Notes: generated by a model from the sequence alone, not told the origin. A stretch of DNA of 64,000 nt from an uncultured Bacilli bacterium (GCA_944371955.1 CALVYB010000001.1:422-64421), one strand, 5' to 3'; numbered from the stretch's first letter, positions 30,028-41,160 are shown. Numbers and translations are program-made.

Positions 30028-32580
30028 CTATTGTAAAAAATCATCAATAGTCATTAATCGATCATCAATTTCTTTTAAAGAAATTCTATCTTTCTTACTA
30101 ATAACATTCTCTGCAGTTCCTTCTAACTCAGAAATACTCTCCTGTACTACTTCTTCTCTTCTTTTTAACGTTGCTATTAGGAAACTGTCAACAAGTTCAT
30201 GTTTAGATATTTGTCCTCCTGTAGAGTATCGATCGGCAATATTTAATTCTGTTAATTTCAAAGTTTCAATTTCTCCATTTTTAATACCAATATAATTTTT
30301 ACAATCCGTAATAAAAGTTTTAATAACATGATATGGATTACTCTTAACCTCGCGAAGTAATAATAACCCACGTCTAGCTCTAGTAGAAATTTCAAATTCA
30401 GTCAAACGTACTCTCTTACCTGTACCTTTATCAGTAATAATTGAGATAAATTCAGACTCTGAAGGAACAAATTGGTTAATAGAAACCAAATAATCATCCT
30501 TTAACTTCATAGCCTTAACACCAGCTGCTTTTACACCAACAATAGGAACTTCTTCTACTTTAAATGATAAACCATAACCACTATCAGTCGTAACAAATAA
30601 AGTATCTTTTTCTTCTACAAAAGCATCAATGACTAAATCATCCTCTTTTAACTTCATACAACTAATCGGTTTAGAATAACGAGAAAGTTTAAATTCCGCC
30701 AACTTACTACGCTTAATCATACCATTTCGAGTTGTAACAACAATATTTTTATCAATATCGAAAGTAGTAACAGGAATAGCACTAACAACAGATTCATCTG
30801 GTGAAGTTTCAATAACATTACTTACATGTTTCGGCATATCTTTCCATTTTAAATCCGGCAAAATATGTACTGGAATATGTAAATAATTTCCATGAGTAGT
30901 AAAAACCAATAAAGTATCTAAAGTACTCATTTCATAAATTCCTAAAATATAGTCATTATCCTTAATAGTAATATCTTCAGGATTAGATGCCGTATAACTT
31001 CTAAATGAAGTACGTTTAACATAGCCATCCCGAGTAACCATAACTACACAATCTTCTTTAGGAATCATAGCAGTTGTATCTATTTTAATTTCTGTAATTT
31101 CATCTTTAATGTCTGTAAGACGTTCAGTAGGATAATCTTTCTTTACATCACGCAAGTCTTTTTTCATAACAGACTTCATGACATCTTCACTGCCAAGGAT
31201 TGCTGTAAGTCCATTAATAATTTTCTCTAAATTAGCCATTTCTTCTTCTAAAGCTACAACATCCGTATTAGTTAAACGATAAAGTTGCAATGTAACAATA
31301 GCTTCAGCCTGTTCCATAGTAAATTCAAATTCTTTTACTAAGTTTTCTTTAGCATCGCTCTTATTTTTAGATTCACGAATAACACGGATTACTTCATCTA
31401 AAATAGAAATACATTTAATTAAGCCCTCAACAATATGGTATCTAGCTTTTGCGTGAGCTAAATCAAATTCTGTACGACGGCGAACTACTTCTTTTTGATG
31501 AACAATAAACGCATCCAAACATTGAGCTAGCCCTAATAACTTAGGTCGTCTATTAACGATTGCCACCATATTAAAGTTATAATTGATTTGCATATCTGTA
31601 TTTTTAAGTAAATAATTAACAATCAAATCAACATTAGCATTTTTCTTTAAATCAATAACAATTCGAACATCAGCAGCCGACTCATCACGAACCTCACTGA
31701 TTCCATCAATCTTTTTATCAATACGAATATCATCAATTTTCTTAACCATTAAAGCTTTATTAACTTCAAAAGGAATCTCAGTAATAACAATAGATTTATT
31801 ACCTTTATTTTCTTCAATAGTGTATCTACTTTTAACAACAATCTTACCACGTCCAGTTTGATAAGCAGAACGAATACCATCAATTCCTTCGATAATACCA
31901 CCTGTAGGAAAATCAGGCCCTTTAACATATTTCATTAAAGTATCTAGACCACAATTAGGATTATCAATACGGTGAATTGCAGCATCAATCACCTCACCCA
32001 AGTTATGTGGTGGAATATTAGTGGCATATCCTGCAGAAATACCCATAGCACCATAAACAAGCAAAGCCGGAAAACGAGCTGGCAACACCGTAGGCTCTAC
32101 CGTGGTATCATCAAAGTTAGGAGCAAACTCAACTGTATCTTTATCAATATCACGAAGCATTTCATTACTAATCTTTGAAAGACGTGCTTCAGTATAACGA
32201 TAAGCAGCGGGACTATCTCCATCGATAGATCCATTATTTCCATGCATATCAATATAAGGAAGTCTAGTCTTCCAAGATTGACTCATACGAACCATAGCAT
32301 CATAAATAGAAGTATCACCATGTGGATGATAATTACCGATAACATCCCCTACTGTTTTAGCACTTTTTCGATATCCTTTATCATAAGTATTCTTTTCTTT
32401 ATGCATTGAATACAAAATACGACGTTGTACAGGTTTTAAACCATCTCTAGCATCCGGAATTGCCCGATCTTGAATGATATATTTAGAATAACTTCCAAAC
32501 CTCTCACCCATAATATCCTCGAGAGTATAATCAAATATCTTTTCTATTACTTCTTGTGTCTCATTATTTTTCTTTGGCAT
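30028..32580 (-). CDS. parC: DNA topoisomerase IV subunit A (type IIA topoisomerase A subunit; no GyrA-box)
   Basis: 850 aa. 'AIPDARDGLKPVQRRILY' and a conserved catalytic Tyr region. The C-terminal domain lacks the QRRGGKG GyrA-box. Directly follows the B subunit gene. Confidence 0.75.
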   Translation of the reverse strand: MPKKNNETQEVIEKIFDYTLEDIMGERFGSYSKYIIQDRAIPDARDGLKPVQRRILYSMHKEKNTYDKGYRKSAKTVGDVIGNYHPHGDTSIYDAMVRMSQSWKTRLPYIDMHGNNGSIDGDSPAAYRYTEARLSKISNEMLRDIDKDTVEFAPNFDDTTVEPTVLPARFPALLVYGAMGISAGYATNIPPHNLGEVIDAAIHRIDNPNCGLDTLMKYVKGPDFPTGGIIEGIDGIRSAYQTGRGKIVVKSRYTIEENKGNKSIVITEIPFEVNKALMVKKIDDIRIDKKIDGISEVRDESAADVRIVIDLKKNANVDLIVNYLLKNTDMQINYNFNMVAIVNRRPKLLGLAQCLDAFIVHQKEVVRRRTEFDLAHAKARYHIVEGLIKCISILDEVIRVIRESKNKSDAKENLVKEFEFTMEQAEAIVTLQLYRLTNTDVVALEEEMANLEKIINGLTAILGSEDVMKSVMKKDLRDVKKDYPTERLTDIKDEITEIKIDTTAMIPKEDCVVMVTRDGYVKRTSFRSYTASNPEDITIKDNDYILGIYEMSTLDTLLVFTTHGNYLHIPVHILPDLKWKDMPKHVSNVIETSPDESVVSAIPVTTFDIDKNIVVTTRNGMIKRSKLAEFKLSRYSKPISCMKLKEDDLVIDAFVEEKDTLFVTTDSGYGLSFKVEEVPIVGVKAAGVKAMKLKDDYLVSINQFVPSESEFISIITDKGTGKRVRLTEFEISTRARRGLLLLREVKSNPYHVIKTFITDCKNYIGIKNGEIETLKLTELNIADRYSTGGQISKHELVDSFLIATLKRREEVVQESISELEGTAENVISKKDRISLKEIDDRLMTIDDFLQ

Positions 32581-32594
32581 ACCTTCACCCTCTT

Positions 32595-34496
32595 CTATAT
32601 TTGATATTCATCTTCAAGTGTAAACTCAACATTTTCATCTATCCATTCTTTTCTAGGCGCAACTTCATCTCCCATAAGAACAGAAACTCGTTTTTCAGCA
32701 AGTTGTGCATCTTCAATATTAACTCGAATCAAAGTACGGCTTCCTGGCTGCATAGTAGTCTCTCCCAACTGATCAGCGTTCATTTCACCAAGACCTTTAT
32801 ATCTTTGAATTTCGCATCGTTTGCCTTTAGATTTTTCTTTCATCTCTTCAATGGTATAAGCATATTCAATAGTTTTACCCGATTGAATTTTAAACAATGG
32901 CGGAAGCGCAACAAAAAGTCGGCCATCCTCAATCAAAGGTTTCATATAACGATAAAAGAATGTAAGTAATAGACACTGAATATGTCCACCATCTTCATCA
33001 GCATCGCTCATAATAATAACTTTATTATATTCACAATCATTAATATCAAAGTTAGAACCATAACCAGCACCAATTGTATAAATCATGGTATTAATTTCTT
33101 CATTTTTCAAAATATCTTCTTCTTTTGTTTTTTCTGTATTTAAAACTTTACCACGCAAAGGCAAAATTGCTTGATAACGTCGATCTCTTGCTTGTTTAGC
33201 AGAACCACCTGCAGAATCTCCCTCGACTAAGAACAATTCTTTTTTACTTTTATCCTTACTTTGAGCAGGAGCAAGTTTACCAGACAAACTTCTTTCCTCT
33301 TTTTTCTTACTAGTACCTTTGCGAGCTTCTTCACGAGCCTTACGAGCTGCTTCTCTGGCAATTTTACTACGTAAACTTTTATTAATAATTTCCGTTGCAA
33401 TAGATTTATTTTCTTCTAAGAAAACTCTCATTTGTTCTGTTACAATATTTTCAACTGCAACACGTGCACCAGGAGTTCCAAGTTTACCTTTTGTTTGCCC
33501 TTCAAATTGTAAAATTCCTTCCGGAATCTTTAAGCTAATAACCGCTGTAAGGCCTTCACGAACATCACTACCTTCAAGAGCTTTGTCCTTTGCTTTTAAA
33601 AAGCCATTACTCTTCGCATAATCATTAAAAACACGTGTCAAAGCAGTTTTAAATCCAACTTCATGAGTACCACCATCAATTGTTTTAACATTATTAACAA
33701 AACTAACAATAGTCTCATTATAAGAATCCGTATATTGTAATGCAACCTCAACTTCCATTTTATCCTTAGAACCGGAAATAGCTAAAACTTTATGAAGTGG
33801 ATTCTTCCCTTTATTCATATCCTCAACAAATTCTTCGATTCCTCGTTCATAATGAAATTTACTACTTCTTTCATCTTCTTCATCAATAACTTCAATTGTT
33901 ATTCCTTTTAAAAGAAAAGCTGATTCCTGCATTCTCTCACAAATCGTTGTATAAGAAAAATTAGTAGATGAAAAAATAGTATCATCTGGCATAAAACGAA
34001 CTGTGGTACCTGTCTTATTTGTAGTACCTATCTTCTTTAATGGTGTTGCAACATGGCCTCCGTTTTCAAAACGAATATAATATTCACCCTTATCATGTTT
34101 AATTGTAACTTCCATCCAACGAGACAAAGCATTAACAACGCTAGAACCAACTCCATGAAGACCACCAGATACTTTATATCCATCACTCTCAAATTTTCCA
34201 CCAGCATGTAAAACCGTAAAAATAACTTCTGGAGTAGACTTACCAGAAGCATGCATACCAGTAGGAATACCACGGCCATGATCTTCTATACTGACAGATT
34301 TATCACTATGTAAAATTATTTTAATATAGTCCCCAAACCCATTAATCGCTTCATCAATAGCATTATCTACAATTTCCCATACCAAATGGTGAAGTCCTCT
34401 CTTATCCGTAGAACCTATATACATACCAGGTCTTTTTCTAACAGCTTCAAGACCTTCTAATATCTTAATCGATGACTCATCATATTTTAATGCCAT
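32595..34496 (-). CDS. parE: DNA topoisomerase IV subunit B (GHKL ATPase plus TOPRIM)
   Basis: 633 aa. 'LEGLEAVRKRPGMYIGST', 'GLHHLVWEIVDN' and the TOPRIM motif 'ELFLVEGDSAGGSAKQ'. Paired with the GyrA-box-less A subunit. Confidence 0.75.
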   Translation of the reverse strand: MALKYDESSIKILEGLEAVRKRPGMYIGSTDKRGLHHLVWEIVDNAIDEAINGFGDYIKIILHSDKSVSIEDHGRGIPTGMHASGKSTPEVIFTVLHAGGKFESDGYKVSGGLHGVGSSVVNALSRWMEVTIKHDKGEYYIRFENGGHVATPLKKIGTTNKTGTTVRFMPDDTIFSSTNFSYTTICERMQESAFLLKGITIEVIDEEDERSSKFHYERGIEEFVEDMNKGKNPLHKVLAISGSKDKMEVEVALQYTDSYNETIVSFVNNVKTIDGGTHEVGFKTALTRVFNDYAKSNGFLKAKDKALEGSDVREGLTAVISLKIPEGILQFEGQTKGKLGTPGARVAVENIVTEQMRVFLEENKSIATEIINKSLRSKIAREAARKAREEARKGTSKKKEERSLSGKLAPAQSKDKSKKELFLVEGDSAGGSAKQARDRRYQAILPLRGKVLNTEKTKEEDILKNEEINTMIYTIGAGYGSNFDINDCEYNKVIIMSDADEDGGHIQCLLLTFFYRYMKPLIEDGRLFVALPPLFKIQSGKTIEYAYTIEEMKEKSKGKRCEIQRYKGLGEMNADQLGETTMQPGSRTLIRVNIEDAQLAEKRVSVLMGDEVAPRKEWIDENVEFTLEDEYQI

Positions 34497-34737
34497 TTAT
34501 TATCACTCCTAATATCTAACTGTATTTATTATAACAAAAAAGTAAAGCTTTTCAAAGAAAACTTTACTTTATTTGACATAAGTTTTTCAGAGTTGTACTC
34601 CATGTAACACCAACAATTGTAGTAGTCCTCATAACCAAGATAAACTAGTTCATGATTATTAACGTTAGAAAATAAGTTCTCACTTTTCCTATATTTCTAG
34701 TCTTTAAAAATTTAAATAAATTATTAATTTCATCCCA

Positions 34738-35592
34738 TTAAAGCTTTTTTTGGAACTGTACACCCTTAGAATTTTGGGGCACATCGCTTCCTCCTCCATA
34801 CCGTTCTTGAAAACAAGCACGCAATCTAGAATTCGGATTTTTTTGCACAGAAGGTTCAAATGCTATTGCTTCTTGACATAATGCTATACCCTTTTCATAA
34901 TCTTGTGGCACACCTGCTCCTTTTATATAGTCCTCCCCTAAATAATATAACCAAAAATATTCTCCCATTCCTGCAGCTTGTCTGTACAATTCTTCAACTT
35001 TTGCTATGTCTTTAGGCACACCCCTTCCTTCTCTATACATCAATGCTAATACTTTTATTGCATAAGTGCTTCCATGATTTATTGCCATTTGATATATCTC
35101 TATAGCCTTTCCTTGATTTTGTGGTACTCCTTCTCCTTTTTCATACATCTCTGCCAATTTATACAATGCCCAATAAATACCTAAACCTGCTGCTTCTTGA
35201 CCTAACGACTCACTTTTTTTTAAATCTTGTGGTACTAAATCTCCTTCAGCATACCAAACACTCAACCGAGCAATTGTATGAGACCAACCTAAAGCCGATG
35301 CTTTTCTACATAATGCTTCACCCTTTTCGACATCTTGTTGTACAATTTTTCCTTCAAAATATATCATTCCCAATCTCGCAATGGCCTCCGCATTACCTAA
35401 TTTTGCTGCACTTTCATATAATTCCACGGCAATTTTTTTGTCTGAGCGCGTACCATTTAGATACGCAATGGCCAATTCGCACATTGCATTTGAATCACCT
35501 TTTTCCGCGCGTTCTACTAATTTTTTATTCAGTGCCGCGACCCAATCCGTCCTATCAATATCAACCACGTTATCGCCTCCTAACAACAACAT
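34738..35592 (-). CDS. Sel1-like repeat (SLR/TPR-like) protein
   Basis: About seven repeats of the form 'A..LG...A...LG.MY..G.GV.QD..KA...Y..AA..G'. Local GC content is clearly higher than in surrounding genes. Confidence 0.7.
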   Translation of the reverse strand: MLLLGGDNVVDIDRTDWVAALNKKLVERAEKGDSNAMCELAIAYLNGTRSDKKIAVELYESAAKLGNAEAIARLGMIYFEGKIVQQDVEKGEALCRKASALGWSHTIARLSVWYAEGDLVPQDLKKSESLGQEAAGLGIYWALYKLAEMYEKGEGVPQNQGKAIEIYQMAINHGSTYAIKVLALMYREGRGVPKDIAKVEELYRQAAGMGEYFWLYYLGEDYIKGAGVPQDYEKGIALCQEAIAFEPSVQKNPNSRLRACFQERYGGGSDVPQNSKGVQFQKKL

Positions 35593-35911
35593 TATATCAT
35601 ATTTTCAATGGTTAAATCAATTTTTATGGCGATTGCATAAAAAAGCCAATAAGTTTTGATAGATACAAAAATTACACATAATTATATTAGCAGATAAAGA
35701 GGTACTATATATAAAAAGTTTATTTAAACATTTTGAAATTTTAAACGATGCAAGAGATGTTAGCGGAAAAACGCAGACTAACAACATTTTAATTCTTACT
35801 ATATACGGAATATTATATGGTTATACTGATTTTACTAATATAGCAGATTTTTTAAACCTGACAAATAATATTTTATTAATTTATTATTTTTAACGGTATT
35901 CCATCACGTTA

Positions 35912-36229
35912 TTAGCTTTCTAGAGTTTTTCCAAGCATTGATTCTAAACAACTTATGAGATTATTTATAGAATGAATTAAAAATCTTGTAAATAATAAAA
36001 GAAGAGCCTTAAGTATTGATGGTAAAGATATTAAAAGTGCTACTGACAAAAATAATAAATCTAATGAAATTACCGCTATCCCTGAGTTATTAAATCTTAT
36101 TGACATTTTAGAACTCTTGTTTATCATTGATACAATCGGAGCACAAACTAATATTGCTAATAAAATTATTAATAAAAAATAACTAAATATAATTATGATT
36201 TTAAGAATGTTGTAAATCTTAGTTTTCAT
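35912..36229 (-). CDS. small membrane protein (105 aa, three hydrophobic helices)
   Basis: ORF in an otherwise gene-poor 1.2-kb AT-rich stretch. Uncertain. Confidence 0.3.
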   Translation of the reverse strand: MKTKIYNILKIIIIFSYFLLIILLAILVCAPIVSMINKSSKMSIRFNNSGIAVISLDLLFLSVALLISLPSILKALLLLFTRFLIHSINNLISCLESMLGKTLES

Positions 36230-36635
36230 GTTGTACCTAGTTTATAAATTTTTATAAAATGACCCCACAAGTTATTATAGCAATGACTTAAAGATTGAAC
36301 CGTAGCATTATAATTGATGTATTATTAAATTAAAGTTTTATTCTTATAATGAAAAAAATGAATTTTCATCTAAAACAAACAAATACTATTCCAAGGCAAG
36401 AACTGGATTGAATCTTCCTTATTGAAAAAATACTATTTTAAAGCTTATGTTAATATAAAGATTCTTAAATAATTTTTTAAACTTTCTGATATCACATGGT
36501 TTACAACAACACTACTTACTTTATTTAACATAAATTACCAAATCATTCTCTCTTTAATTTTACATTTTTATCTTTTACACCTTCAACAAATAACTTTCTA
36601 AATATAAATAAAAGACATTACTCTGTAATGTCCCT

Positions 36636-36803
36636 TTAATCAATATCTTCTAACTTTTCATAAGTTGCTTTTGCTGCATTCTTTGCCATCTCTTTCATAT
36701 TAGACATAGCACTAGGATTCTTCTTCATATACATATATCCAGCTACGCCCATTCCTCCCAAAATCGCAGCCCACATCATTTTATTCATTGTTTTCTTTTC
36801 CAT
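36636..36803 (-). CDS. small protein (55 aa) not in the ORF track: MEKKTMNKMMWAAILGGMGVAGYMYMKKNPSAMSNMKEMAKNAAKATYEKLEDID
   Basis: ATG at 36801..36803 is preceded by a GAGGTG ribosome-binding site. One hydrophobic helix then an amphipathic tail. Ends 33 nt before the recD2 start. Confidence 0.45.
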   Translation of the reverse strand: MEKKTMNKMMWAAILGGMGVAGYMYMKKNPSAMSNMKEMAKNAAKATYEKLEDID

Positions 36804-36838
36804 GTTTTTCACCTCATTTTTATTATGGAAAAAACATT

Positions 36839-39031
36839 TTATTTTATACCATTTTCTAAAAAATCTTTAATCGTTGTTCTTCGAACATCAGAAGATGTAT
36901 TATTAACAGCTTGTCGAAGTGCATTTTTAGTACCAATTAAATATAACATTTTTTTACTTCTAGTAATACCTGTATAAACTAGCTTACGATACAACATTTT
37001 TCTATACCCTTCAACGATTGGCATCACCACTACATCAAACTCACTTCCTTGAGACTTATGAATAGATATTGCATAAGCCAATCTAAACTTATTGAAATTA
37101 GTAGCATTAAAAGTTACTTCGTTACCATCAAAATCAATCACAATTTTTTTAGCTGGTTGAGTTACAACCTGACTAATAATACCAATATCACCATTATAAA
37201 CATTCTCATCAGGCATATTAGTAAGTTCAATAACTTTATCTCCTTCACGGAATATAACATCACCAACAACAATTTCTCTTTTACTTTTATCTTTAGGATT
37301 AAAAATATTTTGTAACTGTTGGTTAATGATATCAATACCATGTCTCGTTTTATACATAGGTGCTAAAATTTGAAAATTTTTATAAGACAAGTCTTTAAAC
37401 GTAGCAGATACATCCATCAAATTAGAAATTACATCATCATCTCCACATTCGATAAAAGTTAAATCTTCATCCACATTAAAAACAGTATCCAGCACATCAC
37501 CATTACGAACACCATAAGCAAAAGTTAAAATATTAGAATCCTTTCCTTGACGATACAATTCTCTCAATTCGACCACTGGAAGCATAGAACTACTAATCAA
37601 ATCATGTAATACCTGTCCAGGGCCAACAGAAGGCAATTGATAACTATCACCCACTAAAATTACTTTACAATTAGCAGAAATACCACGCAACAAACTAGCT
37701 AAAAGCAAAGTATCAACCATACTGGCTTCATCTAAAATAATAACTTCCACTTTGCTTTTATGATACTCATTTACTTGAAACTTATTCGTATCTTTTTGCC
37801 ACTTTAAAAAACGATGAATAGTACTTGCAGGCATTAAAGTAGCATCACTCATTCTCTTAGCAGCTCTCCCAGTCGGCGCTAACAATTGAACTTTGTTAGT
37901 TAAAGACTCATAACTAAGTTTATGAACTTCTTTATATAATTCAACAATTCCTTTCATAATGGTAGTTTTACCAGTTCCTGGTCCGCCAGTAATAATCAAT
38001 AGATTTTTACAAATACTATCTAAAATGGCCTTCTTTTGTTCTTGATTATAAACAATACCAAAAACATCTTCCATTTTTTGAAATTTATCTTCTAAATTTT
38101 TAAATTTTTCATCATCTTTATGAGCAAGTAATCGAAACCTTTTGACTATTAAAGTTTCAGCTTCATACATTTCTTTTAAATAAAGTTTTTCTTCTTTTTG
38201 AATAACCATTAAATCATCAATTAAAGTTTGTATAGCTTTTTTACACACTTCTTCTAAAACGTCAACTAATAACACTCTAGGTAAATATTGTAAGATTTCA
38301 TCATAATAAAAATAACTATGGCCATAAGTATTTCCAACTTCTTCCATAATATATAAAATTGCCGCTCTAACACGTACTAAAGAAGCTTTCTCCATGCCAT
38401 TTTTCAAAGCAATTCGGTCAATCTTTTTAAAATTAAGTTCATAAATGTTGTATTCCAATTGATAAATATCTTCTTCAATAATAGCTCTAACTTTTTCCTT
38501 ATAAAAATTATAAATAAGCATAGAATCTTTGGTAGAAAATCCTAGTTTTCCCAAATACAACACTATTTCATAGCTTGATTCATACTCTTTTAATTTATTA
38601 TATAACGTATCAATATTGGCTTTAGTAATTCCTGGAATCAAAATCAAATTATCTGGATTTTCTAAAATAATCTTCAAGGTGTCTTTACCTAATACATCAA
38701 CAATCGCTTTTGCCTTCTTCTCACCTATCCCTTTAAACAAACCACTAGTTAAAAACTCAATAATAGCATCTTTCTCCTCTGGTTTACATCTCTGATAATT
38801 TATAACTGAAAATTGTGACCCATATTTAGGATGTTCAACAATTTGACCAAAAAAAAGATAGGTATCTATATCATTCAATTCATGAAAGTAACCTGTAAAA
38901 GTAATAGTTTTATCTAAATACGGTGTAAGTTCAGGACAATTGGTCTCTTTTACTTTGAATAGACCAATATGATAACCATTACTATTTTGATAAATACTTC
39001 TTTGATAATGACCCTTAATATAGATATCCAT
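36839..39031 (-). CDS. recD2: ATP-dependent RecD-like DNA helicase (RecD2/SF1B)
   Basis: 730 aa. N-terminal HhH region, Walker A 'GGPGTGKTT' and C-terminal SF1 helicase motifs ('VDEASMVD', 'GDSYQLPSV'). Confidence 0.85.
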   Translation of the reverse strand: MDIYIKGHYQRSIYQNSNGYHIGLFKVKETNCPELTPYLDKTITFTGYFHELNDIDTYLFFGQIVEHPKYGSQFSVINYQRCKPEEKDAIIEFLTSGLFKGIGEKKAKAIVDVLGKDTLKIILENPDNLILIPGITKANIDTLYNKLKEYESSYEIVLYLGKLGFSTKDSMLIYNFYKEKVRAIIEEDIYQLEYNIYELNFKKIDRIALKNGMEKASLVRVRAAILYIMEEVGNTYGHSYFYYDEILQYLPRVLLVDVLEEVCKKAIQTLIDDLMVIQKEEKLYLKEMYEAETLIVKRFRLLAHKDDEKFKNLEDKFQKMEDVFGIVYNQEQKKAILDSICKNLLIITGGPGTGKTTIMKGIVELYKEVHKLSYESLTNKVQLLAPTGRAAKRMSDATLMPASTIHRFLKWQKDTNKFQVNEYHKSKVEVIILDEASMVDTLLLASLLRGISANCKVILVGDSYQLPSVGPGQVLHDLISSSMLPVVELRELYRQGKDSNILTFAYGVRNGDVLDTVFNVDEDLTFIECGDDDVISNLMDVSATFKDLSYKNFQILAPMYKTRHGIDIINQQLQNIFNPKDKSKREIVVGDVIFREGDKVIELTNMPDENVYNGDIGIISQVVTQPAKKIVIDFDGNEVTFNATNFNKFRLAYAISIHKSQGSEFDVVVMPIVEGYRKMLYRKLVYTGITRSKKMLYLIGTKNALRQAVNNTSSDVRRTTIKDFLENGIK

Positions 39032-39109
39032 ATTTCCTCCTATAATACTAATTATTTATTTTAATATATATTTTACATCACTACACACTTGTTTTTTTGA
39101 ACTACAATT

Positions 39110-40393
39110 CTAAAAATTACAAACTTTACCAATACAATAAGGATAAGAAACATCCGTAATAACCACTGTAACGAAAGTATTATGTGGAATAACGTCTGGT
39201 ATTTGAACATGCAAATAATTGTCAGTATGACCATAACTTTTCTCATCTTTTGTTTCCTCTACTAAAACAACTACTTCCTTACCTACAAAAGAAAGATAAT
39301 ATGACAATTCTAATTCTTTGGAAACTTTAAGCAGTCTTTGCGCTCTTTCTTTTTTTATACTAGGATCAACATGATCAGGTAAATCCATCGCTTTAGTTCC
39401 TTTTCTTTCGCTATAAGGAAAAACATGAATTTTAGTAAATCCTATTTTTTGACACGTATCAATAGTTTCTAAAAAGTCTTCTTCTGTTTCTCCTGGAAAC
39501 CCAACAATAACATCAGTAGTAATAGCCATATTAGGACGGATTTCTCTAATTTTAGTAATTTTATCAAAATAATAATTCAAATCATATTTACGATTCATTA
39601 AAGATAAAACATGATTACTACCAGCTTGTAAAGGAATATGCATATGATCAACAATAATTGAAGAATAGCGAAGAACTTCCAAAACTTCTTCTGTTAATTC
39701 AGTAATTTCAATAGAAGAAATACGAAGACGTAAAAGTCCCGGAATCTCTACAATAGCTTTCAACAAATTAGCAAAGTTAGTTTCCAAATCAACTCCATAA
39801 TTTCCGGTATGAATACCAGTTAAAACAATTTCTTGATATCCATGGCTTACCAAGTCAGTAATTTCAGTGATTACCTCCTCAAATTTTTTGCTCCTACACT
39901 TTCCACGAACAAACGGAATAATACAATAAGAACAAAAATTCTCACACCCATCTTGTATTTTTACAAAAGCCCTAGTTCTTCCTGGAAATTCATTAATATA
40001 CATATCCTCAAACTCAAGAGGTAACTTTGAATATAATCTACGAATTTCAGCTTGCTGATTGAACCATTCATCAAGCAAATCTATAATTTTAGACTTATCT
40101 CGATTACCTAAAACAATATCTAATCCAGGTAAGCTAAACTCTTTATTCGCTTCTATAAAACACCCCATAGCAACAACACAAGCACTAGGATTTTTTCTAA
40201 TAGCTTTACGAATCATTTTTCTAGATTTAATATCACTGGTATTAGTAACGGTACAAGTGTTAATGATATACACATCACAATAATCATCAAAATCTTTAAT
40301 CACATAACCCGCATCTTTTAATAAATGTATAATATACTCACTCTCATATGTATTTACTTTACACCCTAGTGTCAAAACTCCAACTGTACGCAA
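39110..40393 (-). CDS. mtaB: MiaB-like tRNA methylthiotransferase (MtaB/YqeV-type radical SAM)
   Basis: Methylthiotransferase N-terminal domain and radical-SAM 'CENFCSYC' cluster motif. 427 aa. Confidence 0.75.
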   Translation of the reverse strand: MRTVGVLTLGCKVNTYESEYIIHLLKDAGYVIKDFDDYCDVYIINTCTVTNTSDIKSRKMIRKAIRKNPSACVVAMGCFIEANKEFSLPGLDIVLGNRDKSKIIDLLDEWFNQQAEIRRLYSKLPLEFEDMYINEFPGRTRAFVKIQDGCENFCSYCIIPFVRGKCRSKKFEEVITEITDLVSHGYQEIVLTGIHTGNYGVDLETNFANLLKAIVEIPGLLRLRISSIEITELTEEVLEVLRYSSIIVDHMHIPLQAGSNHVLSLMNRKYDLNYYFDKITKIREIRPNMAITTDVIVGFPGETEEDFLETIDTCQKIGFTKIHVFPYSERKGTKAMDLPDHVDPSIKKERAQRLLKVSKELELSYYLSFVGKEVVVLVEETKDEKSYGHTDNYLHVQIPDVIPHNTFVTVVITDVSYPYCIGKVCNF

Positions 40394-40395
40394 AT

Positions 40396-41160
40396 TTATT
40401 CCCTACTTTCTTTAAACCCTTGGTACCAACTATCTAAACCATCAATAGCATTCCCAACAACTTCTTTTCCTTTTTCCATAACTTTAGAACCAATTTCCAT
40501 TCCTTTTTCTACATAAGGGGTATAAGCATCTTGCAAATGATTTTTATCCTGCGTAAAACTATCAACAACATTATTATACTGTTCTTCTCCAACTTTCTCC
40601 TTATATTTAGCAATAATAGTATTTTTAAGAGAAATAGCTTTAGAAACTGCAGTAGTATATCCCTTATCCGCTGTAGACTTAATATTTTCTTTATAATTAG
40701 GAAATTTATTTTCTATAGTACTATCAATTTTTTCATAAAGAAGTAATACTTTTTCCTTAGCTTCATCTGTTAATTCAGCAAAAGTAACACCTTTAATACT
40801 ACCACCATAAAAAATAAAATCCGTAAGAGTAATAAATGTATCCTCAAATTTATCCTTTAAATTACTATTAGTAGTATCACTTAAAGATAACTTACTAATT
40901 TCTTCTTCTACTTGAGAAATATAAAAAACTACTTCTTCCTCATTGTTAGCTTTTGTAGTATCCGTAAATAAAGTATTCTCACTATCAATATAATCTTCTG
41001 TCTTATTTTTTTGATTACTTGAAACAACTTTACTTTCGGTAGGTGTTTGTAATTCCTTTCTATTTGCTTTATCTTTAATAGAAAAGTTCATAAAAATTAA
41101 CATAGCAATAATAATTATTAAACATATCAAAATAATTATATCAAGTGTTTTTTTCTTCAT
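40396..41160 (-). CDS. hypothetical signal-anchored extracellular protein
   Basis: Start set at the ATG at 41158..41160, preceded by an AAGAGGTG ribosome-binding site. One N-terminal TM helix, then a K/E/T-rich soluble domain. Confidence 0.5.
   Translation of the reverse strand: MKKKTLDIIILICLIIIIAMLIFMNFSIKDKANRKELQTPTESKVVSSNQKNKTEDYIDSENTLFTDTTKANNEEEVVFYISQVEEEISKLSLSDTTNSNLKDKFEDTFITLTDFIFYGGSIKGVTFAELTDEAKEKVLLLYEKIDSTIENKFPNYKENIKSTADKGYTTAVSKAISLKNTIIAKYKEKVGEEQYNNVVDSFTQDKNHLQDAYTPYVEKGMEIGSKVMEKGKEVVGNAIDGLDSWYQGFKESRE

Noticed and set aside
30028-34496. Calling the topoisomerase pair gyrB-gyrA
   Set aside because: The A subunit C-terminal domain lacks the QRRGGKG GyrA-box. There is no dnaA/dnaN/recF context. 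The B-then-A order matches parE-parC of Firmicutes.
35121-35659. Two plus-strand ORFs (164 aa and 92 aa) opposite the Sel1-repeat gene
   Set aside because: They are artefacts of the locally higher GC content (fewer stop codons). The Sel1 repeats on the minus strand give a coherent protein.
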